From an uncultured archaeon (GTDB lineage: Archaea; Micrarchaeota; Micrarchaeia; Micrarchaeales; CABMGC01): a stretch of 64,000 nucleotides of DNA. Each line of letters starts with the position of its first letter. Within the stretch, counting starts at the first letter, position 1. The stretch spans positions 17,242 to 81,241 of the forward strand of contig CAWHMC010000013.1 in assembly GCA_963830445.1 (NCBI GenBank), in the 5' to 3' direction. Positions 25,597 through 33,418 of this stretch are shown in pieces. The notes under the pieces were generated by a model. It was not told the DNA's origin. It did no database searches and saw only the letters and a program-made list of their open reading frames with translations. A program made the translations under genes and the position numbers.

Positions 25597-26231
25597 TTCA
25601 CCGTGCTGCTCGGGCAGAGATCTTTCAAGACGCAGCGTGAGCAATACTTTGTACGGGCAGTACACGTGTCTCTTCCCAATGCGATTAACAGGTTGGAGGC
25701 CACCCTCCACTGCGATTTAGGTATCCTGCGCATCAGGTCTATCTCTATCTTGTCCGCGACCTTGTGGCGAGTGAGGCCCAGGCGCTGGGAGACGGTTATG
25801 CAGTGCGTGTCGACGGCTATTCCTGGCGAGAGCCCAAAGCCCTCGTTGAGCATCACATTCGCGACCTTGCGCCCCACTCCGTAGAGCGTCATCAGCTCCG
25901 GAAGAGTCCGTGGAACCTTCCCGTCGTAATCAGATATTATCGCGCGCGCGGCGAGGCGCAGGTTCCGCGCCTTGCTCCGGTAGTAGTTGAGACCGCTAAG
26001 GTCGCGCATCAGCACCCGCAGGTCTGCATTCGCGTAATCGTCGAAACTTCTGTACTTCCTGAAGAGGGCAGTGGTGACCACGTTCACCTGCCTATCGGTG
26101 CACTGTGGCGAGAGCACCACCGCAACGAAGAGCTCGGTCAGGTTCCTGTGCACCAACTCGGTCTGGAGCTTGTCGCTGTACCTGCGCATCAGCCTCCGGA
26201 GCACCGTCTCCACATATTCCTGGTTGTCCAT
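25593..26231 (-). CDS. nth: Endonuclease III (Nth)
   Basis: HhH-GPD LMTLYGVGRKVANVMLNEGFG and the FeS cluster loop CTARTKYCSRCVLKDLC. ATG 26231 (MDNQEY) preferred over the TTG at 26252. Confidence 0.9.
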   Translation of the reverse strand: MDNQEYVETVLRRLMRRYSDKLQTELVHRNLTELFVAVVLSPQCTDRQVNVVTTALFRKYRSFDDYANADLRVLMRDLSGLNYYRSKARNLRLAARAIISDYDGKVPRTLPELMTLYGVGRKVANVMLNEGFGLSPGIAVDTHCITVSQRLGLTRHKVADKIEIDLMRRIPKSQWRVASNLLIALGRDTCTARTKYCSRCVLKDLCPSSTVK

Positions 26232-26256
26232 CCAGGTATCTTCTCCGAACAACGCC

Positions 26257-26268
26257 TTATAAAATTAT
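26257..26268. promoter_or_regulatory. Shared AT-rich TATA element between divergent nth and pilin-like genes
   Basis: TTATAAAATTAT lies 25 nt from the nth ATG (26231) and 31 nt from the pilin-like ATG (26300). Confidence 0.4.
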
Positions 26269-26299
26269 CCCTCCATAGGATATACGAAAAGTGTTTCGC

Positions 26300-26830
26300 A
26301 TGAAGGCGCAGTTCTGGTCATTCGACATGATCTTCGCGATCGTCATCTTTGTCTTCGCGATGGTGATGCTCATGTACGTGTGGATAACCCTGAGCAACCA
26401 GTTCTCGCTCTCCTACGGCAGCAGCCCGAACCTGGTGCAATGGCAGCTGCAGAACCTGGGCACAAATCTGCTCCAACCAGGAAAGCCCGTCAATTGGGAA
26501 TCGGTAGTTAACACAACCAACGTCGCCACCTGGAACAACGTGAGCATAGGCTTTGGAACTCTTGGCGGGAGCGGGCTCTCCTACAATAAGGTGATGAGCT
26601 TCTATGCGATGGCGAACAAGAATTACTCCGAGACAAAGGCATTGATGGGGGTGAGCTATGATTATTACATAATGATAAAGGGCAGCGACTTCAACATCAA
26701 CATAGGCAGGAACCCGGCGCTGTACAACTCTTTCTCGACCCAGGTACTTAACGAGCCGGTCGTCATAGGCGGACTGCCAGCCCAGATGACCATTGAAGTG
26801 TGGACCAATACCACTTTCGGCATCGACTAG
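26300..26830 (+). CDS. Archaeal type IV pilin-like protein (class III signal peptide, Gln at +1)
   Basis: MKA-QFWSFDMIFAIVIFVFAMVMLMYVWITL has a short basic leader, A/Q junction, an acidic residue soon after, and a long hydrophobic helix. A sequon-bearing globular part follows. Confidence 0.5.
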   Translation: MKAQFWSFDMIFAIVIFVFAMVMLMYVWITLSNQFSLSYGSSPNLVQWQLQNLGTNLLQPGKPVNWESVVNTTNVATWNNVSIGFGTLGGSGLSYNKVMSFYAMANKNYSETKALMGVSYDYYIMIKGSDFNINIGRNPALYNSFSTQVLNEPVVIGGLPAQMTIEVWTNTTFGID

Positions 26831-27237
26831 CGGAACGGGTCGAATTTTTGCTCCACTAGGCTCTTCACCATGGGCGACAGAGGGAAGGGCAGATTATTCC
26901 AGTCCACCCACTTCCAGGACTCGTGTTTGTCCGGCTCCTTGAGCTGGACGGTCCCGGAGGCGTAATCAGCCACGCAGACCACTATCAGGACATGGTGGCT
27001 CCGCTCCTTGAATATCTCGGAGACCAGCGTGCCGAGCCTTATGTTTTTTATCTTTATCCCGACCTCTTCCCGGGTTTCCCTCAGAACACAGTCGTTGACC
27101 TCCTCACCGAACTCCATTTTTCCGCCGGGACTGCCCCACCCTAGTGGAAACTTCTTTCGGCTGCCAAGAAGGATCTTTCCATCTTTCCTTATCAGCACTG
27201 CGACTGCTATTCGCGGGACGCCCTCCACTGGAATCAC
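26827..27237 (-). CDS. NUDIX hydrolase
   Basis: Nudix box GGKMEFGEEVNDCVLRETREEVGI. GTG start in a GTGA overlap with the upstream platform gene stop. Confidence 0.9.
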   Translation of the reverse strand: MIPVEGVPRIAVAVLIRKDGKILLGSRKKFPLGWGSPGGKMEFGEEVNDCVLRETREEVGIKIKNIRLGTLVSEIFKERSHHVLIVVCVADYASGTVQLKEPDKHESWKWVDWNNLPFPLSPMVKSLVEQKFDPFR

Positions 27238-28238
27238 ACGCCGGTCGCGACGCTGCCGAGGACCGCGCCGAACAGAGCAGATACGACGAAGAAGATCACC
27301 AGGCCGATGATTATGAACAGCGGGATGTACTTTATGCCCTTTATCACCGATCCTGACGAGATGGCCGATACGATGAGCGCACTCATGCCCGCTATTATGA
27401 TTATGGCCAGCAGCGAGAAGGTGTTGTACTCGCTCGGCTGCACCGTAGGGGCGTGGGGCGAGAGGAAGGAGAGCGAGGAGGACTGGGTAAGGGCGCCTAA
27501 CCCTCCTGAACCGGATTGGAGGATGTGGCCCCAGATCGTGTCGGTTATGGAGATCATCCTGTTGGTCAGGCCGAAGAGCACCGGGGCCGCGACCACGGCG
27601 GCGAAGGTGATGAATATGGTGTACATGAACAGCTGGCCGGAGATCTCCTTCTGTATGGTCTGCTGGTTGCGCAGGTCGCGGGCGATCTGGTTGAGTATAT
27701 CGGCCATGCCGCCCCCGTAGCGCAGCGCCTCGGACATCATGCGCGTGGTGCGCTTGAGCTGCAGCGAGCGGTAGCGGTTGGACAGGTTGAGCAGCGCGTT
27801 GGACATGGTCTCGCCGGAGAAGAGCCGCTTGCCCATCAGCAGGATGTCCTGTCGGAAGTAGGAGAACTCGGGCCTTGCCGAACTTATCAGCGCCTTGTCC
27901 AGCGCCACGCCGCTCCTGATATTCGCTGCGGTGAGCTGCAGGTAGTCGGGCAGCACCCCCTCAACGAAGGTCTTGCGCTTGTCTATGAGGTACTCGAGAA
28001 TCGCGTAGAGAGAGATCTCGAACATGATTGCGGCGGCGAAGCCGATGCCCGCGGAAAAGAGGGGGTTGAAGCTGAATAGCAGGACGGGTATGAAAGCGCA
28101 TAATATGAACAGCGCCAGTCCCCCGACAACCGCGATGCGTATGAAGCTGTTGACGCTGCTCTTAATGCCCGAAAGGTCCATCTCGTCGGAGACGAATCTC
28201 ACCACATTCCTGGATACAAGCGTTTCGAAGTTTACCAT
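27234..28238 (-). CDS. Type IV pilus platform protein, single T2SSF domain (TadC/EpdK-like)
   Basis: TM pair, then cytoplasmic helical domain LPDYLQLTAANIRSGVALDKAL...MSNALLNLSNRY...ALRYGGGMADILNQIARDL, then C-terminal TMs. Confidence 0.75.
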   Translation of the reverse strand: MVNFETLVSRNVVRFVSDEMDLSGIKSSVNSFIRIAVVGGLALFILCAFIPVLLFSFNPLFSAGIGFAAAIMFEISLYAILEYLIDKRKTFVEGVLPDYLQLTAANIRSGVALDKALISSARPEFSYFRQDILLMGKRLFSGETMSNALLNLSNRYRSLQLKRTTRMMSEALRYGGGMADILNQIARDLRNQQTIQKEISGQLFMYTIFITFAAVVAAPVLFGLTNRMISITDTIWGHILQSGSGGLGALTQSSSLSFLSPHAPTVQPSEYNTFSLLAIIIIAGMSALIVSAISSGSVIKGIKYIPLFIIIGLVIFFVVSALFGAVLGSVATGV

Positions 28239-28245
28239 CTAATCA

Positions 28246-29430
28246 TCATGTGGAGAACAATGGGCGGGAGTTCTTTATAAGCAGGAGGAAGATGACCTGC
28301 AGCCCTACTATTCCGACCATCACAAAAATGAGGGTCGTGCTGTCGACCGTGAAGAGGCTTATGAAAGTGCTCATGATCACCGCGATGGCGACGCCCATGC
28401 TCGGGAAGATTATTCCGAAGAGCATGTAGAACATGGCGAGGGCGTTCAGCTTCTGCCCGTACCTGCGCAGCTCAATCACGCGTTCCTGCATTATGTCGTC
28501 GACCACGCTCTGCAGCGAGCCGGTGACGTCCGCGCCCACCCTTATGCTCACGCTCGCCTGGAGCATGATGCGCTTGAACGTCCTGGACTTGCTCCTGTCG
28601 CTCACCTCGTCGATGGCCTGCTCGATCGGGGAACCCAGCTGTATGAGCGAGACTATCTTGGCGAACTCCGCGCTGGCTGCGCCGTAGCCGTTGCTGACGG
28701 CGGTCATGGCGTTGAAGAGCGGCATTCCCGACCTCATGCTGATCACCAGGTCGCGGGTTGCGAAGAGGATATCCTTCTCTATCTGCTTGCCTATCTGGCG
28801 GGCACGGGCGAGCGGGTAGCTGGCGAACCTGCCGAAGAAGGCGTTGTAGAAAGCGACCGCACAGACGGCCGAAAGGATCACCGAGAGGATTATGTTAATC
28901 TGTGGGAACAGAGTGAATATGTAGAACACAATGCAACTGAGGAGCACGCTCAGTATTATCGCGTAGATTATCATCCGCTTTATGAAGTCGTAGGGAGTGG
29001 ACTTGAGCCCAATGTCACGCAGCGCCTCGTCGAGCCCCTTCTTGTTTGTAATGTACTTTAGGATGTACTTGCTCTTCTTTGCGGTGACGGTGGCATCAAG
29101 TGTCATCGGTCTCTTCTCCCTGGGCGGATGCGGAGCTGGTGAAGGGATCGGTTGCTGGATCGGCTTCGGTGTGGGCTTCGGCGTCGGCTGCGGAACTGGG
29201 CGCGGTGCCGGCGGAGGAGGAGTGGACGAGGATGTTGCGCTCGGTGCCGCACTGGGCGCGGGCTGCGGAGCTGCAGGGGCGGCCCCATAGATTGGTTTTG
29301 AGCGGATCTTGAAAAATAGGAATTTCTTGGGCTTTGTGTACCCGATAGGAGTTTGGCCAGACGTCGGACTTTGAGCACTGTTCGGATTTTGTTGTCCTTC
29401 CAAAGCAACCACTAAAGGCTCCGCCCGCAT
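28246..29430 (-). CDS. Type IV pilus platform protein, single T2SSF domain (TadB/EpdJ-like) with Pro-rich N-terminal extension
   Basis: The T2SSF-like core is DILFATRDLVISMRSGMPLFNAMTAVSNGYG...IQLGSPIEQAIDEV...SVSIRVGADVTGSLQSVVDDI. The first ~110 aa are low complexity (APAAPQPAPSAAPSATSSSTPPPPAPRPVPQPTPKPTPKPIQQPIPSPAPHPP). Confidence 0.75.
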   Translation of the reverse strand: MRAEPLVVALEGQQNPNSAQSPTSGQTPIGYTKPKKFLFFKIRSKPIYGAAPAAPQPAPSAAPSATSSSTPPPPAPRPVPQPTPKPTPKPIQQPIPSPAPHPPREKRPMTLDATVTAKKSKYILKYITNKKGLDEALRDIGLKSTPYDFIKRMIIYAIILSVLLSCIVFYIFTLFPQINIILSVILSAVCAVAFYNAFFGRFASYPLARARQIGKQIEKDILFATRDLVISMRSGMPLFNAMTAVSNGYGAASAEFAKIVSLIQLGSPIEQAIDEVSDRSKSRTFKRIMLQASVSIRVGADVTGSLQSVVDDIMQERVIELRRYGQKLNALAMFYMLFGIIFPSMGVAIAVIMSTFISLFTVDSTTLIFVMVGIVGLQVIFLLLIKNSRPLFST

Positions 29431-29530
29431 GCAGCTGCAATGAACAGGTTAGGCCAATAATTAATACATGGACATCTTTTTAAAGGATTGGGTGGCAGCG
29501 AGGGATTAATGCTGCACGTGCAAGTCCATT

Positions 29531-30184
29531 TTAGTTCATGAGATTGAGCTTCTGCTGCACTTCCGCAAGGCGCCTGTTCCTTATCTCGACCAGCTCGCTG
29601 TTCTCCGTGGTGGCGTGACTGCCCTTCAGTGAGAGGGTGAGCGCCTGTACCTCCTGCCGGACGATGCGCAGGTTCCCCTCGTTGAATGCGTGCTCGTCCA
29701 GGCCCACGCTTATGCGCTCCAGCTCTGCCGTCTGGTCCTGAATTGAAAGTGACTCCAGCACGAATTTGCCGTGCACCATTATCTTTACCCTGCCGACTGC
29801 GCTGTCGATCTCCTTTTTCGCCGCGCTGAAGAGCCCTGTGAACTCCTGCTCCACCTTCATGGCGCTGCTGCCGAAGCCGCCGCCGCTGCTGACATTGCTG
29901 AGCTGTGTGTTTAGCTCGCCCTCCGCCTTCTTGGTGTCCGCGGAGAGATCTTTGCTGACCGCGGGGGCGTGCGGAGCGGCTTTTGTGCGCCGCTCCTTTG
30001 TACGCGGGGTTCCGGATAGCAGGCGGTCTGCAGTGGACGCCGCTTCGTCGTAGCTGTAGGTGGTGATCAGTTGCGGCTCCGCGAGTGCGGATGCAACGTC
30101 GAGGAATCCTGGCGCTGGCGCCTCTGCGTCCAGATGATTGAGCAGGTCGACCGCTTTCTGGTAATCGGGATCTAGTGTTGCCAT
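29531..30184 (-). CDS. Pilus-operon protein of unknown function
   Basis: 217 aa, soluble, lying between the ATPase and platform genes. The C-terminal half is helical or coiled-coil-like. Confidence 0.45.
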   Translation of the reverse strand: MATLDPDYQKAVDLLNHLDAEAPAPGFLDVASALAEPQLITTYSYDEAASTADRLLSGTPRTKERRTKAAPHAPAVSKDLSADTKKAEGELNTQLSNVSSGGGFGSSAMKVEQEFTGLFSAAKKEIDSAVGRVKIMVHGKFVLESLSIQDQTAELERISVGLDEHAFNEGNLRIVRQEVQALTLSLKGSHATTENSELVEIRNRRLAEVQQKLNLMN

Positions 30185-30190
30185 CGCCGA

Positions 30191-31699
30191 TCACTTGAAC
30201 AGGTCCTTGGAGAAGGCCACGTTGTCGTGAACGATGCCCAGCACCTTGTCCTTATTATTGTAATAATGAGCCACCACATTGCCGCAGGTGTCCACGTCGA
30301 GTATGTTGTTGTGCACCATCCAGTCCAGCACCTGGCTCTTCTCATCCAGGTCCTGGCGGATCTCCTCCTGGGTGTAACCGCCGTAGAGCGCGATCGTCTG
30401 ACCCAGCCTGGAGAGCCCGGCAACGTCGGAGAACGCGTCGCTGCGCATGTTCCAGCGCTTTATTACCGAGACGTCGCCCGCGCTGGTGACCTCGCCGAAC
30501 TCGAACAGGCGTCGGATGCCGAGACGGCGGTGGCGGAAGAGGGAGGTGATGGCGCCTATGGAGTTGAGCATGATCTTAGGTATGTCGATGGGCGGGTTGG
30601 TCATTCTCGTTATCGTGTCCTGGGCGCTGTCCGCGTGGACTGTGCCGTAGACCGCGTGGCCCGTGTGGATAGCCTCGAACAGGGTCTCCGCGTCGCTCTT
30701 GACCCTGATTTCGCCTATGAGCATCAGGTCGGGACGCTGACGCAATGCGTTGACCATCAGGTCGTAGAGGTTGACCTGGCCCTTGCCCTCCGGGTTCGCC
30801 TGGCGCGTCTGCATCGGCACCCATTGCAGGAAGCTCGGGAGCGTGAGTTCGCGGGTTTCCTCTACGGAGATGATGCGCCTGTTGGCCGGCATGAAGATGC
30901 TCATGGCGTTGAGGAAGCTTGTCTTTCCGCTGGCCGTTCCTCCGGAGATGAGCATGCTGATCTCGTTCTGCACGGCGAGCCAGATCAGGCTTGCGAGCGG
31001 GCTGGAGATGGTCTTGTTGGTGATGAGCGCGGTCATGCTCCACGGATTGCGCGCAAACTTTCTGACCGTAATCGTGTTGCCCTTCTGTGAGATTGGGAAG
31101 AGGGTTGCATTGACACGGGAACCGTCCGGCAGCTCGGCATCCATCATCGGGGAGAGGTTTGTAATCTCCCTGCCGACTCGCCGGCCGATCTGCTCCGCCG
31201 TCTGGTATATCTCGTCCTCGTTCCGTATCTTGATGTTGGTCTTGCACCAGCCGAAGCTCTTGTGGAAGACCCAGGCAGGCTCCTTGGCGTTGTTCACCAC
31301 TACTTCCTCAAGGTCGTAGTCGCTGAGTAGGAACTCCATGTCGCCAAGGCCCAGGAGCATGTTGGTGAGATACGCAATCAGCACCGTGCGAGAAGCGTCC
31401 GACATTCCGGGCAGGTACTTGTCAAGTATAGGGACGGCCGCGGCGGCGTATCTGCGCGTCAGCTCCTCTATGTACTTCTGGTCCTCGACGCGCGTCTGGT
31501 CGATGGGCACCATGGAGAGCAGCTCCGGTCGTAATGAAAGAAGCAGTAGCTTGGTCGCCTCGCCGACGTCCGGCACCGTTACGTTGTACAGAGGAACGAA
31601 ATCATCACCGAGAGTCACCGCCACGTGCACCGTCATGCCGTTCGCATTGACGTCATAGGTCTTTAGCGTCTGAATCTTCGGTTGGTCCACCATAGGCAT
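30191..31699 (-). CDS. Type II/IV secretion family ATPase (PilB/FlaI/TadA/EpdL-like)
   Basis: Walker A LISGGTASGKTSFLNA, ISVEETRELTLP, RQRPDLMLIGEIR (Walker B/Asp box) and HTGHAVYGTVHA (His box). Confidence 0.9.
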   Translation of the reverse strand: MPMVDQPKIQTLKTYDVNANGMTVHVAVTLGDDFVPLYNVTVPDVGEATKLLLLSLRPELLSMVPIDQTRVEDQKYIEELTRRYAAAAVPILDKYLPGMSDASRTVLIAYLTNMLLGLGDMEFLLSDYDLEEVVVNNAKEPAWVFHKSFGWCKTNIKIRNEDEIYQTAEQIGRRVGREITNLSPMMDAELPDGSRVNATLFPISQKGNTITVRKFARNPWSMTALITNKTISSPLASLIWLAVQNEISMLISGGTASGKTSFLNAMSIFMPANRRIISVEETRELTLPSFLQWVPMQTRQANPEGKGQVNLYDLMVNALRQRPDLMLIGEIRVKSDAETLFEAIHTGHAVYGTVHADSAQDTITRMTNPPIDIPKIMLNSIGAITSLFRHRRLGIRRLFEFGEVTSAGDVSVIKRWNMRSDAFSDVAGLSRLGQTIALYGGYTQEEIRQDLDEKSQVLDWMVHNNILDVDTCGNVVAHYYNNKDKVLGIVHDNVAFSKDLFK

Positions 31700-31704
31700 A
31701 CAAC

Positions 31705-33009
31705 TTATTGCTTTTTATTGGCTTTCGTCAGGTTCGAGACGTCCTCGACCTCGCCGTCGACCACAGAGATCTTGTCTTTGATCTCCTTCATCTGCGCGCC
31801 GTAGGTCTTCGATTTCTTCTCTATGTCCGCAATTAGGCGATTGCTCTCGGCCGGATTCTTCTTCTTGCCCTTCTGGATCTCGTCAAGATTGACGGAGAAC
31901 TCCTGTAGCTCCTTCTTCAGGTTGTCGCGTTCGGTGGTTATCTCCACGATCTCTGACTTTATGTTATTAAGTTTCTGCTCCAGTTCCGTGACCTTGCCCA
32001 TCTCTACAATCTCGTTTGAGAGCATGAGGTCGAACTCATTGAATTTCTTAGCTGCTACATTGTACAGGCTGTCCAGATTGTTCTGTGCCTTTGTGGAACG
32101 GTCGATGAATGCTTCACGCTCCTTGGCGGCGCGGGCCATGTACTTCTCGAATGCCCTTCGGTAGGACTCGGCCTGGCGCTGGTATTGGGTCAGCTGCCCC
32201 TCAGCGCTTTGCGTGAAACTGTCAAGACGCTTGCTCTCCGCCTTCACGTGGGAGGAGAACTCGACGAGCTTCCGGCGCTCCTCTTCGACCTTCTGATCGA
32301 ACGCGGCGAGAAGTTCGTCGGTGGATGTGCTGATCAGCGCCGACTTGCCACGTATGTCGTCGATGAGCGCGTTTGTGTTCTTTGCCGTCTCGTCGAGGTT
32401 ATTAACTATGCTCTGCTGTCCTGCGGCTCCGGTGCCCTTTTCCATCTCTGTGGTCAGGGCCTCCAGCTCCTTCTTGTAGGCACCGACCGACTCGAAGCTC
32501 TTGGCCGCATCCGCATGCAGCGCATTGAGCTGGTTCATGTAGCTCTTGAACTCCACGGATTTGTTCTTGAACAGCTTCTGGGCGTCGTCGATGTAGTTGT
32601 GCAGCTCATGAATCTGTGGCTCCAGACGCTCAACCACGCGCATCTGGGATTCAATGTTATCGTTAAGTATTGAGCTCTTGACTGTGTTGAGCTTCTCTAT
32701 CTCCTCAACCGTGAGTTTCTCATAGTGGACATTCGTCGTAGTACTAGGTGCATTTGCTGCTGGCATCTGTGAAGTGTCGGCGGGCGTGTCGGATACTTTT
32801 ATCGATTCGGCAAGCAGGGAGACATACATCTTGCCCAGCTTGTAGGTTATGACCACTAGCTGGGCTTTTTCGAGTACCGCGGCCCAATCGTGCACGGTGG
32901 TTTCGCTTACGCCCATCGCAGAAGACAGAGTCCCGATATCGGTCTCACCTTTTTCGGCGAGATATTTGAGAAGACCGTCTATACCAGTTACAACGTCTTC
33001 ATTCGCCAT
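31705..33009 (-). CDS. wHTH-like N-terminal domain fused to a long coiled coil
   Basis: MANEDVVTGIDGLLKYLAEKGETDIGTLSSAMGVSETTVHDWAAVLEKAQLVVITYKLGKMYVSL, then about 340 aa of Glu/Lys/Leu-rich heptad-like sequence. Start trimmed to ATG 33009. Confidence 0.55.
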   Translation of the reverse strand: MANEDVVTGIDGLLKYLAEKGETDIGTLSSAMGVSETTVHDWAAVLEKAQLVVITYKLGKMYVSLLAESIKVSDTPADTSQMPAANAPSTTTNVHYEKLTVEEIEKLNTVKSSILNDNIESQMRVVERLEPQIHELHNYIDDAQKLFKNKSVEFKSYMNQLNALHADAAKSFESVGAYKKELEALTTEMEKGTGAAGQQSIVNNLDETAKNTNALIDDIRGKSALISTSTDELLAAFDQKVEEERRKLVEFSSHVKAESKRLDSFTQSAEGQLTQYQRQAESYRRAFEKYMARAAKEREAFIDRSTKAQNNLDSLYNVAAKKFNEFDLMLSNEIVEMGKVTELEQKLNNIKSEIVEITTERDNLKKELQEFSVNLDEIQKGKKKNPAESNRLIADIEKKSKTYGAQMKEIKDKISVVDGEVEDVSNLTKANKKQ

Positions 33010-33115
33010 CCGCTCACGTGCACTTCTTAAGTAGTAAAAGCACAAATAAATAGGTTTGTGTAAGTTTTTGACGATTCAGAGGTAAAATTCGTTTTGTATT
33101 CAAACAGTACCTGGC

Positions 33116-33325
33116 CTAGACTGCGCCACTGCTTAATGAGAAGTAGGTCTTGCCCATGCGGTTGGAGATGGTCACAAACTTAACCTTCTCAAGCCTAGAG
33201 GCCCATTCGCGGATGGTGCCCTGCGGAACTTTGATTGCGGCCGACACCGCATCCATCTCGGTTTCGCCGTTGTCGGCGAGGTACTTTATGAATGTGTCGA
33301 TGCCCGTCGTGACGTTCTCAGCCAT
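33116..33325 (-). CDS. Stand-alone paralogue of the wHTH-like domain
   Basis: MAENVTTGIDTFIKYLADNGETEMDAVSAAIKVPQGTIREWASRLEKVKFVTISNRMGKTYFSL aligns residue for residue with the N-terminus of the 31705-33009 product. Confidence 0.55.
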   Translation of the reverse strand: MAENVTTGIDTFIKYLADNGETEMDAVSAAIKVPQGTIREWASRLEKVKFVTISNRMGKTYFSLSSGAV

Positions 33326-33382
33326 GCAACAGACTTGCAGATGAAGGAATAAATACATTTTCTGCATGCGGTTTGCAAAGGG

Positions 33383-33393
33383 CTATAAATTTT
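33383..33393 (+). promoter_or_regulatory. TATA box of the DNA ligase gene
   Basis: CTATAAATTTT ends 26 nt upstream of ATG 33419. Confidence 0.45.
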
Positions 33394-33418
33394 CGGCGTG
33401 ATAGCCTAGCGTGCCAAT

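Noticed and set aside
29096-30194. ORFs 29412-30194, 29096-29440 and 29103-29408 (minus), and 28997-29312 (plus)
   Set aside because: They are alternative frames over the Pro-rich coding repeat and the 217-aa operon gene. The Arg/Gly/Ala-rich translations have no support.
33373-33418. TTG start at 33373 for the DNA ligase, as implied by the ORF track
   Set aside because: It lies upstream of the TATA box and encodes a non-ligase-like peptide (MQRAINFRRDSLACQY...). The canonical N-terminus is in another frame from ATG 33419.
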